Assembly (NCBI RefSeq): GCF_018977255.1
Contig: NW_024704742.1
Coordinates: forward strand, 43,030,001-43,094,000
Direction of reading: 5' to 3'
DNA length: 64,000 bases
DNA from: Callorhinchus milii
Taxonomy: Eukaryota
The position numbers were made by a program, and so were the translations under genes. The notes beneath the pieces were generated by a model. It ran no database searches. It saw only the letters and a list, made by a program, of their open reading frames with translations, and was not told where the DNA came from. How positions within the stretch are numbered: the stretch's first letter is position 1; every line of letters begins with the position of its first letter. Shown in pieces: positions 22,810 to 34,749 of this stretch.

Positions 22810-23123
22810 GTGGAGTCCTGTAGCTCAGTGGTTAGAGCACTCGCCTTGCAAGCGAGAGACCTGAGTTCAATTCCAGACAGGGCGAAACCTTGAGCAAGTT
22901 TCCTTACTCCACACGCCTAATAATAATCCCTCCAAAAACAAAACAATAATAAATTGGTCATTTTCAATCCACGACTGTTTGTGGGACACTGCTGTGCGCA
23001 ATTGGCTGCTGCGTTTCGCCCACAAATATACAGTCAATTCACTTTACAGCATATTCTGTGAAGCGCTTTTAGACGTCTAGAAGACATGCAAAGCGCTATA
23101 TCAAAAGCAAGGATTATTATTAT
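22810..23123 (+). mobile_element. tRNA-headed SINE, short form, full length (TAGAA tail loop)
   Basis: Near-identical to 5072-5404 except for the tail loop. Confidence 0.93.
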
Positions 23124-23228
23124 AAGTAGTCTTTCATAGCATTGGTGTATATAACATGGAGTTCAACACAGCATCAGTTACTTAATTTGATTCTTAAATA
23201 ATTTTTTTATGAGATGAGACAATAACTT

Positions 23229-23589
23229 AATAATAATCCTTGAATTTGATATAGTTACTTATCACATCTTCAAGATGTCTCAAAGCGCTTCACAGAACGT
23301 ACCTTAAAGCAATTTGACTGTATATTGTGTGCAGGAAATGCGGCAGCCAATTGCACAAAGCAGTGTCCACAAACAGCAGTGGATTTAGTGACTCAATTTT
23401 TTTTGAAGGGATTATTAGCCCCAGAAAACAATCTGCCAATTAATTAACAACTGAGTTCCTGTTTATTGCTAGGTAAACAGAGGCATGTAGAGTAAAAACT
23501 TGCCAAAGGTTTTACACTTCCTGAGATTTGAACCCAGTTCCTCTCGTTTGCGAGGCACCATGCTCTAACCAATATGCTACGGGACTCCA
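23229..23589 (-). mobile_element. tRNA-headed SINE, long form
   Basis: Reverse complement of the same family, including the TTGCTAGGTAAACAGAGG segment. Confidence 0.9.
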
Positions 23590-23639
23590 ACTAGCTTGTG
23601 GATGAAATCAATTGAACAATGTGTGTTCCCTGTGACAGT

Positions 23640-23940
23640 TATCACCTGGGACATCTTCAGGAGCAGAATGTGCACAAATTATCACATCACTTTCTGCATT
23701 TTTCACCAACTAGTCTCCACGAAATTTGGTTTCAGCTTTCATGCCAAAGATGTTTGCGGTCAGAGCAGATGGTAAATTTTGAAGATGTGGTAAAATGATT
23801 GCTATTTTTAGTGATCAGCAGATGTCAGACCTTGTTGAGTAAATTTACCAGCAAAAGAATGCGCAGCATTAGTTGATGAATGTAGGTCATTGATGAGGGA
23901 AGCAACAAAGTTGGAGAGAGAATAGAACTCTAGGGAACCT
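23640..23940 (-). mobile_element. Ancient LINE reverse-transcriptase remnant
   Basis: Minus strand reads VP*SSILSPTLLL/LINDL, a decayed GVPQGSILSPxLFxxFINDL motif. Confidence 0.55.
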
Positions 23941-24895
23941 TGAGCTCATGGAAGAAATGTCGCAGGATGAACCAACTACATCATAGATACAGCATTCAAG
24001 AGAAACCCAGATAGCCTATAAATATAACCGTACTTGAAGATCTTAAGATGGGAATTTGGTACTGTGAAAACAAATTTGAAGAGGGAAAATATTTAATACA
24101 TAGAGCTTGCCCAGATTACACATTTAGCTTTGGAATTACAGTAACATAGTTTAAGATTACACTGAAGTTGCATTTTATAGCTAAGTGTATTTTATATGCA
24201 CACCATATTTGATACAAAATGCATTGTACACCATTACAATACTTGTAAAATACAGTGTTGTATGCATTGATGGAGTTTTGTGCTTGATGAATTTTGCATA
24301 ATGCTAATGAGATGCTGGGCGAAGATGACTTATTCATAAAAAGTGTGCTGAAATGTTTCTGGCTTCTGCATCCTTATTTTGATGTGTAGCTATTCTTAGT
24401 GCAGAAGTGCTTAAACTGTAAACAGAGCAACATTCCTCAGGATTTGAAAATATTGCATTATTGATTTGTCTGGTTTTACAGTGAGGCCAGAGATACTAAA
24501 AGGAATTAACAGAGAAATTGGGGAATTGATGCAGTTCATTACTGGTCTATATTCACATCTGGCACTGTCTTTGATTCTTGCTCAATCTTGCGAGATGAAA
24601 TTATTATCTGTTCTCTGCTGGGTGCAAATGAGTTAGGGTAAAGTTAACCTGATTTCCAATGAGCGCAAAATTGCCCACAAAGTAATAGTAATCTTTACTT
24701 TTGAAACAGTACCTTGAACTTTGAAACATCTCAAAGCATTTTAGAGTAATTCCCGCTAATTGTAGTGTATGTGTTATAGGTGAATGCAGGAGGCGATTTG
24801 TGCACAACAATGTCCCAAATAACAGTCAGGAGGTGAATGGTCAATTTAACCTGAGAATTGCTGGCCAGGACACCGGGACAACATCTCTGCACTAT

Positions 24896-25209
24896 TAATA
24901 ATAATAATCCTTGCATTTGATATAGCGCTTTTCACGTCGGGAGGACGTCCCAAAGCACTTCACAGATCACACTGTAAAGTGAATTGACTGTATACATGTG
25001 GGCGAACGCGGCAGCCAATTGCGCACAGCAATGTCCCACAAACTGTCGTAGATTGAAAATGACCAATTTATTATTGTTTTTTTTTGGAGGGATTATTATT
25101 AGGCATGTGGAGTAAGGAAACTTGCCCAAGGTTTCGCCCTGCCTGGAATTGAACTCGGGTCTCTCACTTGCAAAGCGAGTGCTCTAACCACTGAGCTACA
25201 GGACTCCAC
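24896..25209 (-). mobile_element. tRNA-headed SINE, short form, full length; abuts an older Deu-SINE (about 24680-24895)
   Basis: Reverse complement of the 5072 family. Confidence 0.93.
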
Positions 25210-25430
25210 AACAGAAGTCTGCAATAAATCTCAATCAGAGTTGCCAGAAAAGTGATTTGTGTGGGAAATGGAAAAGTTTATATATAGTGCAGAAGGTTGT
25301 GCTCTTCTGTTTGGGTAAACAATCATAGTGAGGGACACTATATAAACGCAAGTTGTTGCTGTAGTTGTTTACAACACCATATTTGACACAAAATGCAATG
25401 TACACCAGTACAAGACTTGTAAAATACAGT

Positions 25431-25690
25431 GGTGGGCGGGCCTTCTACCACTCTGCCCCCACCCTCTGGATCTCCATCCCGCAGTTCCTCCGCCTCGCCC
25501 CCTCCCTTGCCTCCTTCAAGACCCATCTCTTCGACTGTGCTTTCAATCACCCTACTTCCCCCCCTGCCCTCCACCCTCCCCATTCCTGACCCCAAGCTCA
25601 GGTCCGAAACACTGACTGTCCACGCCTTGGGACAGTCCTCCCAACATGAAAGGCGCTATGCACATAAAATTTTATCTCTGTTGTTATTTA
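25431..25690 (+). mobile_element. L2 3' end
   Basis: GGRAFYHSAPTLWISIPQFLRLAPSLASFKTHLF plus tail. Confidence 0.88.
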
Positions 25691-25929
25691 TCACAGAGAG
25701 AGTACCTCTCTTTATCTGACAATACTGTATTTCCTCACAGTGCTGGATACTGATACTGGGGGCCCAGAATGAAAAAATGTTCCATGTTCCTGCATACACA
25801 CACAAAATTAACCTTGATGGACACAAGAGATAAAACTGCTATATTGCTATTCTTTTCTTTTAAAAAAAGGATATGGACAATGAGAAACGACTTGTTGCTG
25901 TGAAGGTGAAAAAGGCTCTTGATACCCGT

Positions 25930-26295
25930 ATAATAATAATCCTTGCATTTGATATAGCACCTTATCACGTTTCCGAGACATGTCAAAGTGCTTCACAGAA
26001 TATGCTGTAAAGTGAATTGACTTGTATTTTGTGGGCGAAACACGGTGGCCAATTGTGCACAGCAGTGTCCCACAAACAGTAGCAGATTGAAGTGAACAAT
26101 TTTTTTTTTTTTTGAAGGAATTATTACTTCTGGAAAAACAATCCGCCATTTGACTAACAACCGGGTTCCTACTTACTGCTAGGTAAACAGAAGAGTGTGG
26201 AGTAAGGAAAATTGCCCCATATTTCGCACTGCTGAGAATCGAACTCAGGACTCTTGCTTGTGAGGTGAGTGCTTTAACCACTGAGCTACAGGACT
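25930..26295 (-). mobile_element. tRNA-headed SINE, long form
   Basis: Same family, with the long central segment. Confidence 0.9.
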
Positions 26296-27407
26296 GTATG
26301 CAGCAAACAGCAACCAAGGAAGTCTTCTTTGCAACTTCTGGGTTTGATCAATTACACGCATGTGCTTATTCATGGTTTTGCTGAGAATGAACAGATCTAT
26401 GGAAAGGCTTCATTCCACTGATGTATGGGTGGCTTGTTATTCCAATAATATCAACACATTCCTGAGTGCAACCTCTCTGGCTGCATTCATGACTTATTTA
26501 TTGATTGCTGAATCTGACATGTTTACACAAGGAAACTGAACCAATTGGGCATCAGTATGTATATTTGCCGTGAGTTATTTTAATTTAATGTCACATTTTC
26601 CTTTTGTTGGTGACTGAATCTATATCATAAGAGCATGACTTATACTTTCAATGCTAAATCAATAAAATCATGGATAATAGATATATAATTAGACCCTGTA
26701 TTACCAGAAAATATTATGGGAAACAAAGGACAAGAGGCAAATATAAGAGAATAACTAATAAAACAGATGGAGGAAAAGCTAAGTACATTCATTCTATTGC
26801 AAGGAGCATATGGAACAAGTTTGCAGGATTGGAAACATGTGTTGAAGGAATTGGGAAATACGATTGGAATAACAGACATATATAAACCAGGACATATTAA
26901 AATACAAGGGTATAGAGTCATCAGAGGCACAGTAAAAACTAAGCAAGTAGAGGATGGCAATATAAGTAAGACAGAACCTTAGATCCATAGAAAGAAACAA
27001 TACAAATAATTTCAGTATTGTAGCAGAGGAAACAGCTTAAAGTTAAGGTTAGTAATAAGGTACTGTTATGAATCGGAGTTGAGGGTAGAGTGGGGAAATG
27101 TATCATGTGTAAGAAATGCCTTTTAGATGACCAGAACATTAATCATAGTGGTTTTCAGTTACCCAGTTTCTGACTGGGAAAACAGTGCAGGAAAAACTAA
27201 TGACACATGCCAGAGTTCTAGAGGTGGTACAGGATTGCTACCTTACACAGTTTCTCAAGCATTCAACATGGACTAAGGCAGTCCAGTAATAAATGAGTTG
27301 TGATACATAGGCTAGAAGTGGGAGAGGATATAGGATCTAGCGATCACAATATCATTGGTGCTGAATTTCATCTGAGGTTATGTGAGGATAATGTTACAAA
27401 CAAAAGC

Positions 27408-27620
27408 AACAACAACAAATTGCATTTATATAGCGCCTTTCACATTGGGAGGATGTCCCAAGGCGCGTAACAGTTGAGGGTTTGCACCCAAGCTGGGGGT
27501 TTGATTCAAGAGGGATGAGGCATAAGGGGTGTGGGGTGGGAAGATGACCAAATGCACTGTCAAAAAGAAAGGTATTCAGATGTACCCTGAAGGAGACAAG
27601 GGAAGGGGCAAAGCAATGGG
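27408..27620 (-). mobile_element. L2 3' end
   Basis: (CAA)n-ATTGCATTTATATAGCGCCTTTCACATTGGGAGGATGTCCCAAGG. Confidence 0.85.
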
Positions 27621-28276
27621 ACATCATAAACATTAAGAGAGCAGACTTTGAGGAAATGCAAAATAAGGGAAGAAAAATTAATTGAAACACAGTAATAATT
27701 CCAAAAATCTGCAGTAAAAAATGTGGGAATATTTAAGAAAGTTGAGGTGAAAATGTTCTCTGTGATCTGGCAATTATCACATCACATACAGTAGCATATT
27801 TCTACTCAGAAAATTATTTCAATGAAATAAAAAAGGAATAAGAGGCAACAAAGGCCAATATGATTAGTTGAGGGAATGGAACATAATAATATATAAACAA
27901 AATGCTTTCAAAGCACAAAAAGTTACCAAAGTCACCATATTGGATAAATTGCAAAGTGATGCAAAAGCAGGTTGGGGGATAATTTTAAAAAGCTAATGTA
28001 ATAATGCAAAGAACATCAAGTAAAAATAAAGTTACTTGAGATACTCTCTTTAGAAGCACTCTTATACCTCTGAGTACCAATTGGAGATAGGATTAACCTG
28101 AGTTCCTGTCGGTCATTGTGACGTACACGAGGTCAACGCAGGAGTTGTACTTTACATCTTGCAGCCCTTTTCTGGAATACAGTTATCATTCTCACTGCTA
28201 CTTTCCTGATCAGTGTTTTGTGAGCCGAATAGATGTTCCTTGAGGCATTAGTCAAACTTCATCCGGTATTTTCATC

Positions 28277-28635
28277 GGAGTTCTATAGCATATTGGTTCA
28301 AGCACTCACCTCATAAGCGAGAGGACCAGGGTTCGATTCCCAGGTAGGGCGAAACCTTAGGCAACTTTCCTTACTCCACTCACCTCTGTTTATCTTGCAG
28401 TAAGTAGGAACCCATTGTCAATTGATTGGTAGATCGCTTTACGAGGGTTATAATCCCTTTTTTTTAAAAAAACTGGTCACTCAATCCATGACTGTTTGTT
28501 GGACATGGTTGTGTGCAATTGGCTGCTGCATTTCTCCCACAGAATATACAATCAATTCACTTTACAGTATATTCTGCCTTGAGATATCTCAATGATGTGA
28601 TAAGGCACAATAACAAAATGCAAGGATTATTATTA
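28277..28635 (+). mobile_element. tRNA-headed SINE, long form
   Basis: B box GGTTCGATTCCC, long body and (ATT)n tail. Confidence 0.9.
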
Positions 28636-29356
28636 TATTGCAAACATTTCTGGTCTCCTAATCTTAGGAAGAATATTATTGCCCAGAGAATGTGAGCAGC
28701 CAAATTAATACAAAGTTTTCAGAACTTGTATTTTGAAGAAAGGTTAAGGAACTCAGACTTGTTAACTTTGGAAAAAGGAGGCTAAACAGATAGAAATTTT
28801 CAAGATTTTGAAGGGGATTGAACAGTCAATCCAGGAAAATTGCTGAATATGATTAAAGTTTCAAATGCCATATCCCCAAATTGTTCAGAATGAAAAAAAC
28901 TAGGGCTAAGGAAGAAAGTCGAGCAGAATGATTTATTCAAAGATTTGTACAATAAGTTGATCTTATTTTATACAAAGTTTTGTACAATAACATACTAGAG
29001 ATACAAATAAACAGATGGTTTAAATGAATTCAAGAGACAAACACATGTTTTCTTGGAAGAACAAGTTGGATTGAGGAATTCAGCGAGGTAGCCAGTAAGA
29101 GAATTTTCAAAAAGGAATGGTTGGAAGTAAGCAGAAGCCCACCTGATTCAAAACAGTAGTGGCAATTACATTTGTGTCCAAACTAATAAAGCAGTTGTGC
29201 TCAGACTAGTCTTAAAACATCAGACACACTTTTAAAGCTTTTTAAAACTAAAAATAACAGTTAATGCAAGAATCCTGCCAAAAGGCATCTACTACAGGCT
29301 GTGAAGTCCACAGAACAACAGATTTCCACTGCCTTATTATTTCTGTCTATTCCCTT

Positions 29357-29575
29357 TCAACAACACCAACAATTTTCATTTATGTAGCACTTTCCATGTT
29401 GGGAGGCTACCTCAAAGCGCTTGATACAACTGACTGGTTGCTTGAGCTGAGGAGTGGGGGCAGGGGAGCTGAGAAGGGGAGGGGAAAAGTATCCAAAAGT
29501 TCTGTTGAAGAGATAGGTCTCAAGGCAGATTTTAAAGGCAGAAGGGGGGCAGGGTAGAGAGGTCAGGGATGGAGC
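29357..29575 (-). mobile_element. L2 3' end
   Basis: Tail and purine-rich 3' region as in the other copies. Confidence 0.75.
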
Positions 29576-29602
29576 CAGAATAACTGAATTTTAGAGGAGA
29601 TT

Positions 29603-30985
29603 CAACAACAACTTACACTTATATGGCGCCCTCCACATAGGCTAGCGTCTCAGAGCACTTAACAGTGGCAGAGCCTGACTCCGAGCTGTGGGCAAGGGGT
29701 AGATTGCCATAAGCACGCTTGAAGAGGAAAGTTTTCAGATGGGACTTGAAAGAGGGGAGGGGGCAAGGCGGAGGGATTGAAGGAGAGTGTTCCAGAGTTT
29801 TGGGGTGTAGTAGCTGAAAACACGACCTCCGATGGTGGGGCAGAGGATGTAAAGGACAATCAAGAGGCCAGTGCCAATCGAGCGGAGGTACCAGGTGGTA
29901 GATTGGGGAGTGAGGAGGTCGGAGAGGTAGGGAGGTGCCAGGGAGTGAATGGATTTGAACATGAGTGTGAGGATCTTGAAGTCAATCTGTTCAGTGATGG
30001 GGAGCCAGTGGAGGCTGGACAGAACTGGTGAGATGTGGGTACGGAGTTTGGTCCGGGTCCATATGCCTAGATGAGGTATAGTCTTGAATGAGCTGGACAT
30101 TTTGGGGAGCTGGGGAGACCGGCGAGGAGTGTGTTGGAGTAATCCAAGCGGGAGGTGACAAACGGATGTACAGGGGTTTCGGCTGCATTTGGGGTAAGGT
30201 ATGGTTGGAGGCGGGCAATGTGGTGGAGGTGGAGGAAGGCGGTCCTGGTCAGCAACTGGATGTGGAGAGGAAGGACAGTTGGAAGTTGAACCAGACGCCT
30301 AGATCGCACACTGGTTCAGTGAGTCTGAGGGAGACCCCAGGGTGGTTGAGGAGTTTAGTTCCGCAGGAGTGAAGACGTTATAAATAATAATAATAATCCT
30401 TGCATTTGATATAGCGCTTTTCACCTCGGGAGGACGTCCCAAAGCGCTTCACAGAACACACTGTAAAGTGAATTGACTGTATATTTTTGTGGGCGAACGC
30501 GGCAGCCAATTGCGCACAGCAGTGTCCCACAAACAGTCGTGGATTGAAAATGACCAATTTATCATTGTTTAGTTTTGGAGGCGTGTGGAGTAAGGAAACT
30601 TGCCCAAGGTTTCGCCCTGCCTGGAATTGAACCCAGGTTTCTCGCTTGCAAGGCAAGTGCTCTAACCACTGAGCTACCGGACTCCACGTTGATGGGAGCC
30701 AAGGAGTATGGCTTCTGTCTTGTCCATATTCAGCTGCAGGATGTTGTGCACTTGTCCAGGGCCTGATGTCTGACAGACAAGCTGATAGAACATCGTCGGA
30801 CCCGGAGTTGGTACTGGAGGAGGCAAAGTAGATTTGTGTGTCATCCTCATACATGTGGAAGTTTACCCAGTGTCTGCGGATGACATCGCCAAGAGAAAAG
30901 AAGAGAAGAAGAGGGACAATGATGGAGCCCTGGGGTACCCTGCGGGGGTGGGAGGAGAAACCATTTGCTGAGATGAAATGATTCC
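29603..30985 (-). mobile_element. L2 LINE fragment (RT motif to 3' end) with a nested SINE
   Basis: [40 protein letters not shown] and HISPVLSSLHWLPI..IDFKIL on minus frames. Confidence 0.93.
30380..30687 (-). mobile_element. tRNA-headed SINE, short form, inserted in L2
   Basis: Full-length copy with ACGTT at both junctions. Confidence 0.93.
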
Positions 30986-31953
30986 CAGGAAAATTGAAAA
31001 ACAAAGTGGAAAAAGAGAAAAGTAACAGAAAATGAAGTGTTGTAATGAGGTTCTTGTGTTGCAACAAACCAGTTTGGGTAATTACATCGAACAGAAACAA
31101 AAGATCTGAGATTGAAGCAAATTCCACATAATAATTCTATTTTCAGTGGACCCTATATTTGCACAGCATACATTTGAATAATTTGTACAGAATGACTTTG
31201 AGACTGAGATTGGTTTTACACTTTCTGCCTTGACAGATGATAAAAGGAAAACAAATGGCAATGAACCAATGACTATTTTAACTAGTTTGCTGCTTGAATG
31301 TGTGATGCCCGTTATACCTGATGGTGCTAGAATTAACCAGGTACCATTTTAAGTTTGTAACAACTACGTCAACATTTTCTTTTTATGGTTCCCAAGGTCA
31401 CACTTTTCTCAAATTCCAATTTGACCTTTTGTTTCTGTTCATCGCTGCCAAATGTCACCTATAACAAGATGTTCTGACTGTTATTAGTCTTAGCTTCAGC
31501 TGATAGAGCAGGTCATTCATTGCAATGCTGAACCTTAAAGGCCTTACTAAAATTTATGAAACTAATAGCACTGTTATGAGAAAATATACTGATTTGTAAC
31601 AAAATATTAACTGAGACAAAAATGAATCCAGAAAAGCAGGACACCAAAGTTGATGTTTTGGCATTGCAAGCGAAAGCATTTATCCACAGCTGGTCTGCCT
31701 GAGGGTTTAGCAATGAATCAATTGAGGCCTTTCACTCACAAAACTTTGGATTTTGCTCGTCCCTGACAGTAGCTTGATATTTACCAGAGAAATCTGAACC
31801 GTGACAAATGTAAGCCATGCTGCTTGGAACAAACACTTACCAAGCCTGAAGATTTAAAGGGAGTGAAAGGTTCTGTTTGTATGAGGAAATTATTACTGTA
31901 CCCACTGTTATGTTTAGGATAAGAGGCTGAAATTATTAATAATGGCCTGGGGA

Positions 31954-32550
31954 TTTTTTGGGTCAGTCTGAAACCCTTCACCATGCTTAAGAGTATCCAG
32001 ACCAGACTGAGAGTCTTATATATGTATGTCACCTACACATGGAAATTCCCTGTGTCTAGAATGGAATGCATACTCTCTCACAAAGGGATTAGGTAAAGTT
32101 TGGCAAGAGCAAGGTTTGGGAACCTCAGTGTGTGTGTTTGGTTACTGTTGAAGTATAACCAGCTGAAACCACAAAGCTTGCCATTGAAACCACTGGCAAG
32201 TTCCTTGCTGCTCATCCGGCTAGAACCATCTTATCCATTAAGGTTCTGACTTCTAGGATTAACAGGAACTGAGTGGTGGGAAAAATACTAGTGGCTGGTC
32301 TGTACCTGTAAGTCCTGCTCATGAGTCAGGCTGGCTGGTCTGTCATCAGAGGCACCCTGGCGGACCGCAGACCTACCTGGGTCAAAATCGGACTACCGGT
32401 ACCACCATAGTCAATTTACTCGGTTGTGACATTCCATTGCCAAGCACTTCACATTGGAGCCAGTTCAGTTCTAAGAAGACCCGCTTCCTCCCCACATCCC
32501 CAGGAGGATAGTCACTAGTTGATCATTTAACATCCAAAACATCTGGTCTG
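31954..32550 (-). mobile_element. 3' end of the unclassified non-LTR family, copy 2
   Basis: TGCTTAAGAGTATCCAGACCAGACTGAGA...TTGGCAAGAGCAAGGTTTGGG aligns with 36482-37130. Confidence 0.8.
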
Positions 32551-33315
32551 AAGCCCAAATTTGCAAAACAGATGTGTTGTGTTAATTGCAAGTGATCCTG
32601 AAATCTACTTTGAAAGGTCTAGAGCATGTGCAGAAAAAAATACCAGAAACCCCACTGTTTCCAAATGTAAAAGTGGCAGCTGCACTTTAGACCCTCATTT
32701 GAAGTATTTTAAGTTTAACCTTGCCAAAGATGTAATCAGACAAATCCATTCAGAGGTTTATGGTTTAGAGAAATGCATTTTAACTTAAAAGTTATCAATA
32801 TTTCTTCATCCTTAGACAGAGAATATCACATTATGTTTAGAATTTGCATTTTCTGGCTTTCATGTGTCAGAAAATAAGATCTAGTGGCTGTAATTCTGAT
32901 TTTATCTGTGCCAAGTATGATTCTTATGCTAAATAGGCAGTAAATAAATAAAACTGATACCCAAGAAAATACAGGTCTAGATTGACTTGACATTTAAGAT
33001 GTGTTTGAGGCTTATAAGTGAGACTGGAGACCAGTTTATCAGTTCAACTACACTATTAATTGAGATTACACTGGGATTATCATCAGCTTTGCCATTATGC
33101 CCAAGGAAAATCTCACTAGCCTGTCTTCAGATGCAAAAAAGAAGAAAAGATTCTATGAAGAACATGAACAATTATTTAACAAGCTCTGAAAGGTAGGGTG
33201 GTCCTCCCTCCTAAAAGAACTTTGAAGCCAATGTACTAATAGGCTGGGCAACTGAACCCTTTAGAGATGTTTGAAATTCAATGTTGCAGTTTAATTATGT
33301 TCTACAGTGTATATA

Positions 33316-33424
33316 CAGGGTGACCAAAAAGTTTTATTTTTCAGCTACTCTATTATCTTAATAAAATCATTTTCTTAAGACTTATTAGACATTGTAATGG
33401 TATCATGGCTTTTTGGTCACCCTG
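33316..33424. mobile_element. Tc1/mariner-type MITE (109 bp)
   Basis: Perfect 16-bp TIR CAGGGTGACCAAAAAG / CTTTTTGGTCACCCTG, with TA on the left and CA (a possible mutated TA) on the right. Confidence 0.85.
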
Positions 33425-33699
33425 CATATAAAATGTGTTTTTTTTTGTAATTGGCTTGCTCCAGTATGGACCAATCCCGTGATAACACAGTATCTCAGAT
33501 TCTATATTAGACACCACATTATAACGGTTCTGCTAAAAAATTGGCCATTTGTCTTGTTTGTGAGTAATGTCACTGCTGACATCACTTGCTGCATGTTGTC
33601 TGCCATGTACATGAAGTTCAGATGCCCTGTTAGCTATGTGAAGCAATACAATACACCTTACACTTGTGCAGCACCTTTAACATTGGGAAGACATATACT

Positions 33700-33890
33700 A
33701 ATGTCCATTTGAACAGGCAGACAGGAGCAATTTAACATCTCACCCAAAGAGCAACACCTCCAACAATGCAGCACCTTCCTAGCATTCAAGTATGACCCTA
33801 GACTGTGAGCTCAAATTCCCAATGTGGGGCTTGAACCCATAAGCTTCTGACTCAGAAGCAAGAGGACTACCAATTGAGCCAGGTTGACAC
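33700..33890 (-). mobile_element. Old Deu-SINE 5' half
   Basis: TGTCCATTTGAACAGGCAGAC...GGGCTTGAACCC...CTTCTGACTCAGAAG...CAATTGAGCC. Confidence 0.75.
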
Positions 33891-34084
33891 CTTCATGATG
33901 GTTATCATCATGTTTCAGGTCATAGGAGGTGAGAAAGTATGATTAGAGAATCCACTGAGACACTGTTATAGGGAAACAGTATAAATAAAAATGAACAATA
34001 ACAAATCGCAAAGCAGAAAAGTAGAAGCAACAAAGGAAAATATAAAGAAAAAGGGGAAACAGTAAAGCAAAAAAAAGAATATGA

Positions 34085-34557
34085 ACACTCCACTCACTCT
34101 CGCCCACTCTCACCCATCTCCATTGGCTCCCTATCCTTCAGAGGATCCAGTTGAAGATCCTGATCCTCACCTACAAAGTCCTCCATGGCCTCGTCCCACC
34201 CTACCTCTGCAACTCCTAATCCCCTATCAACCCGCCTGCTCCCTCCGCTCAGCTGGCTCTGGCCTGCTCCACGTCCCCCGACCCACCTGCCCCACCAATG
34301 GAGGGAGAGCCTTCAGCCACCCTGCCCCCAACCTCTGGAATTCCATCCCCCAATTACTCCGCCTCGCCCCCTCCTTAACCTTCTTCAAGTCCCGCCTCAA
34401 AACCCCCCTCTTCGACCATGCCATTGGTCACCCCCTTCCCCTCCCCTCTCTCCCCCTGACCCCAGGTCGGGTCTGAAATGATGTACACTGTCCAGTGCCT
34501 TGGGACGTCCTCCTGACGTGAAAGGCACTATACAAATGTAATCTTGTTGTTGTTGTT
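34085..34557 (+). mobile_element. L2 3' end
   Basis: YQPACSLRSAGSGLLHVPR...GGRAFSHPAPNLWNSIP..LRLAPSLTFFKSRLKT plus (TTG)n tail. Confidence 0.92.
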
Positions 34558-34749
34558 AGCATTAGTGAATGATTAATACTGAATGTGGTGTCAATGGAAC
34601 ATTAGAGCTATGAAGGAACATTAAGCAAAAGGAGAAAATAAATAATTTGTTTAATTGGCCAGCTCTAGAATTGTTGAGAAAATATTTGGAGAAAAATAGA
34701 TCACTCTTACATTTGGAACATTGAAATACTTTTTTAATTACGCACTAAA

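Larger units (their letters stand above)
26720..29100 (+). mobile_element. Highly degraded CR1 LINE pieces (endonuclease region to 3' end), interrupted by younger insertions
   Basis: IARSIWNK...IGITD...IQGYRVIR (APE N-terminus) at 26790-26930, and [11 protein letters not shown]...FEERLR at 28640-28800. Confidence 0.6.
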
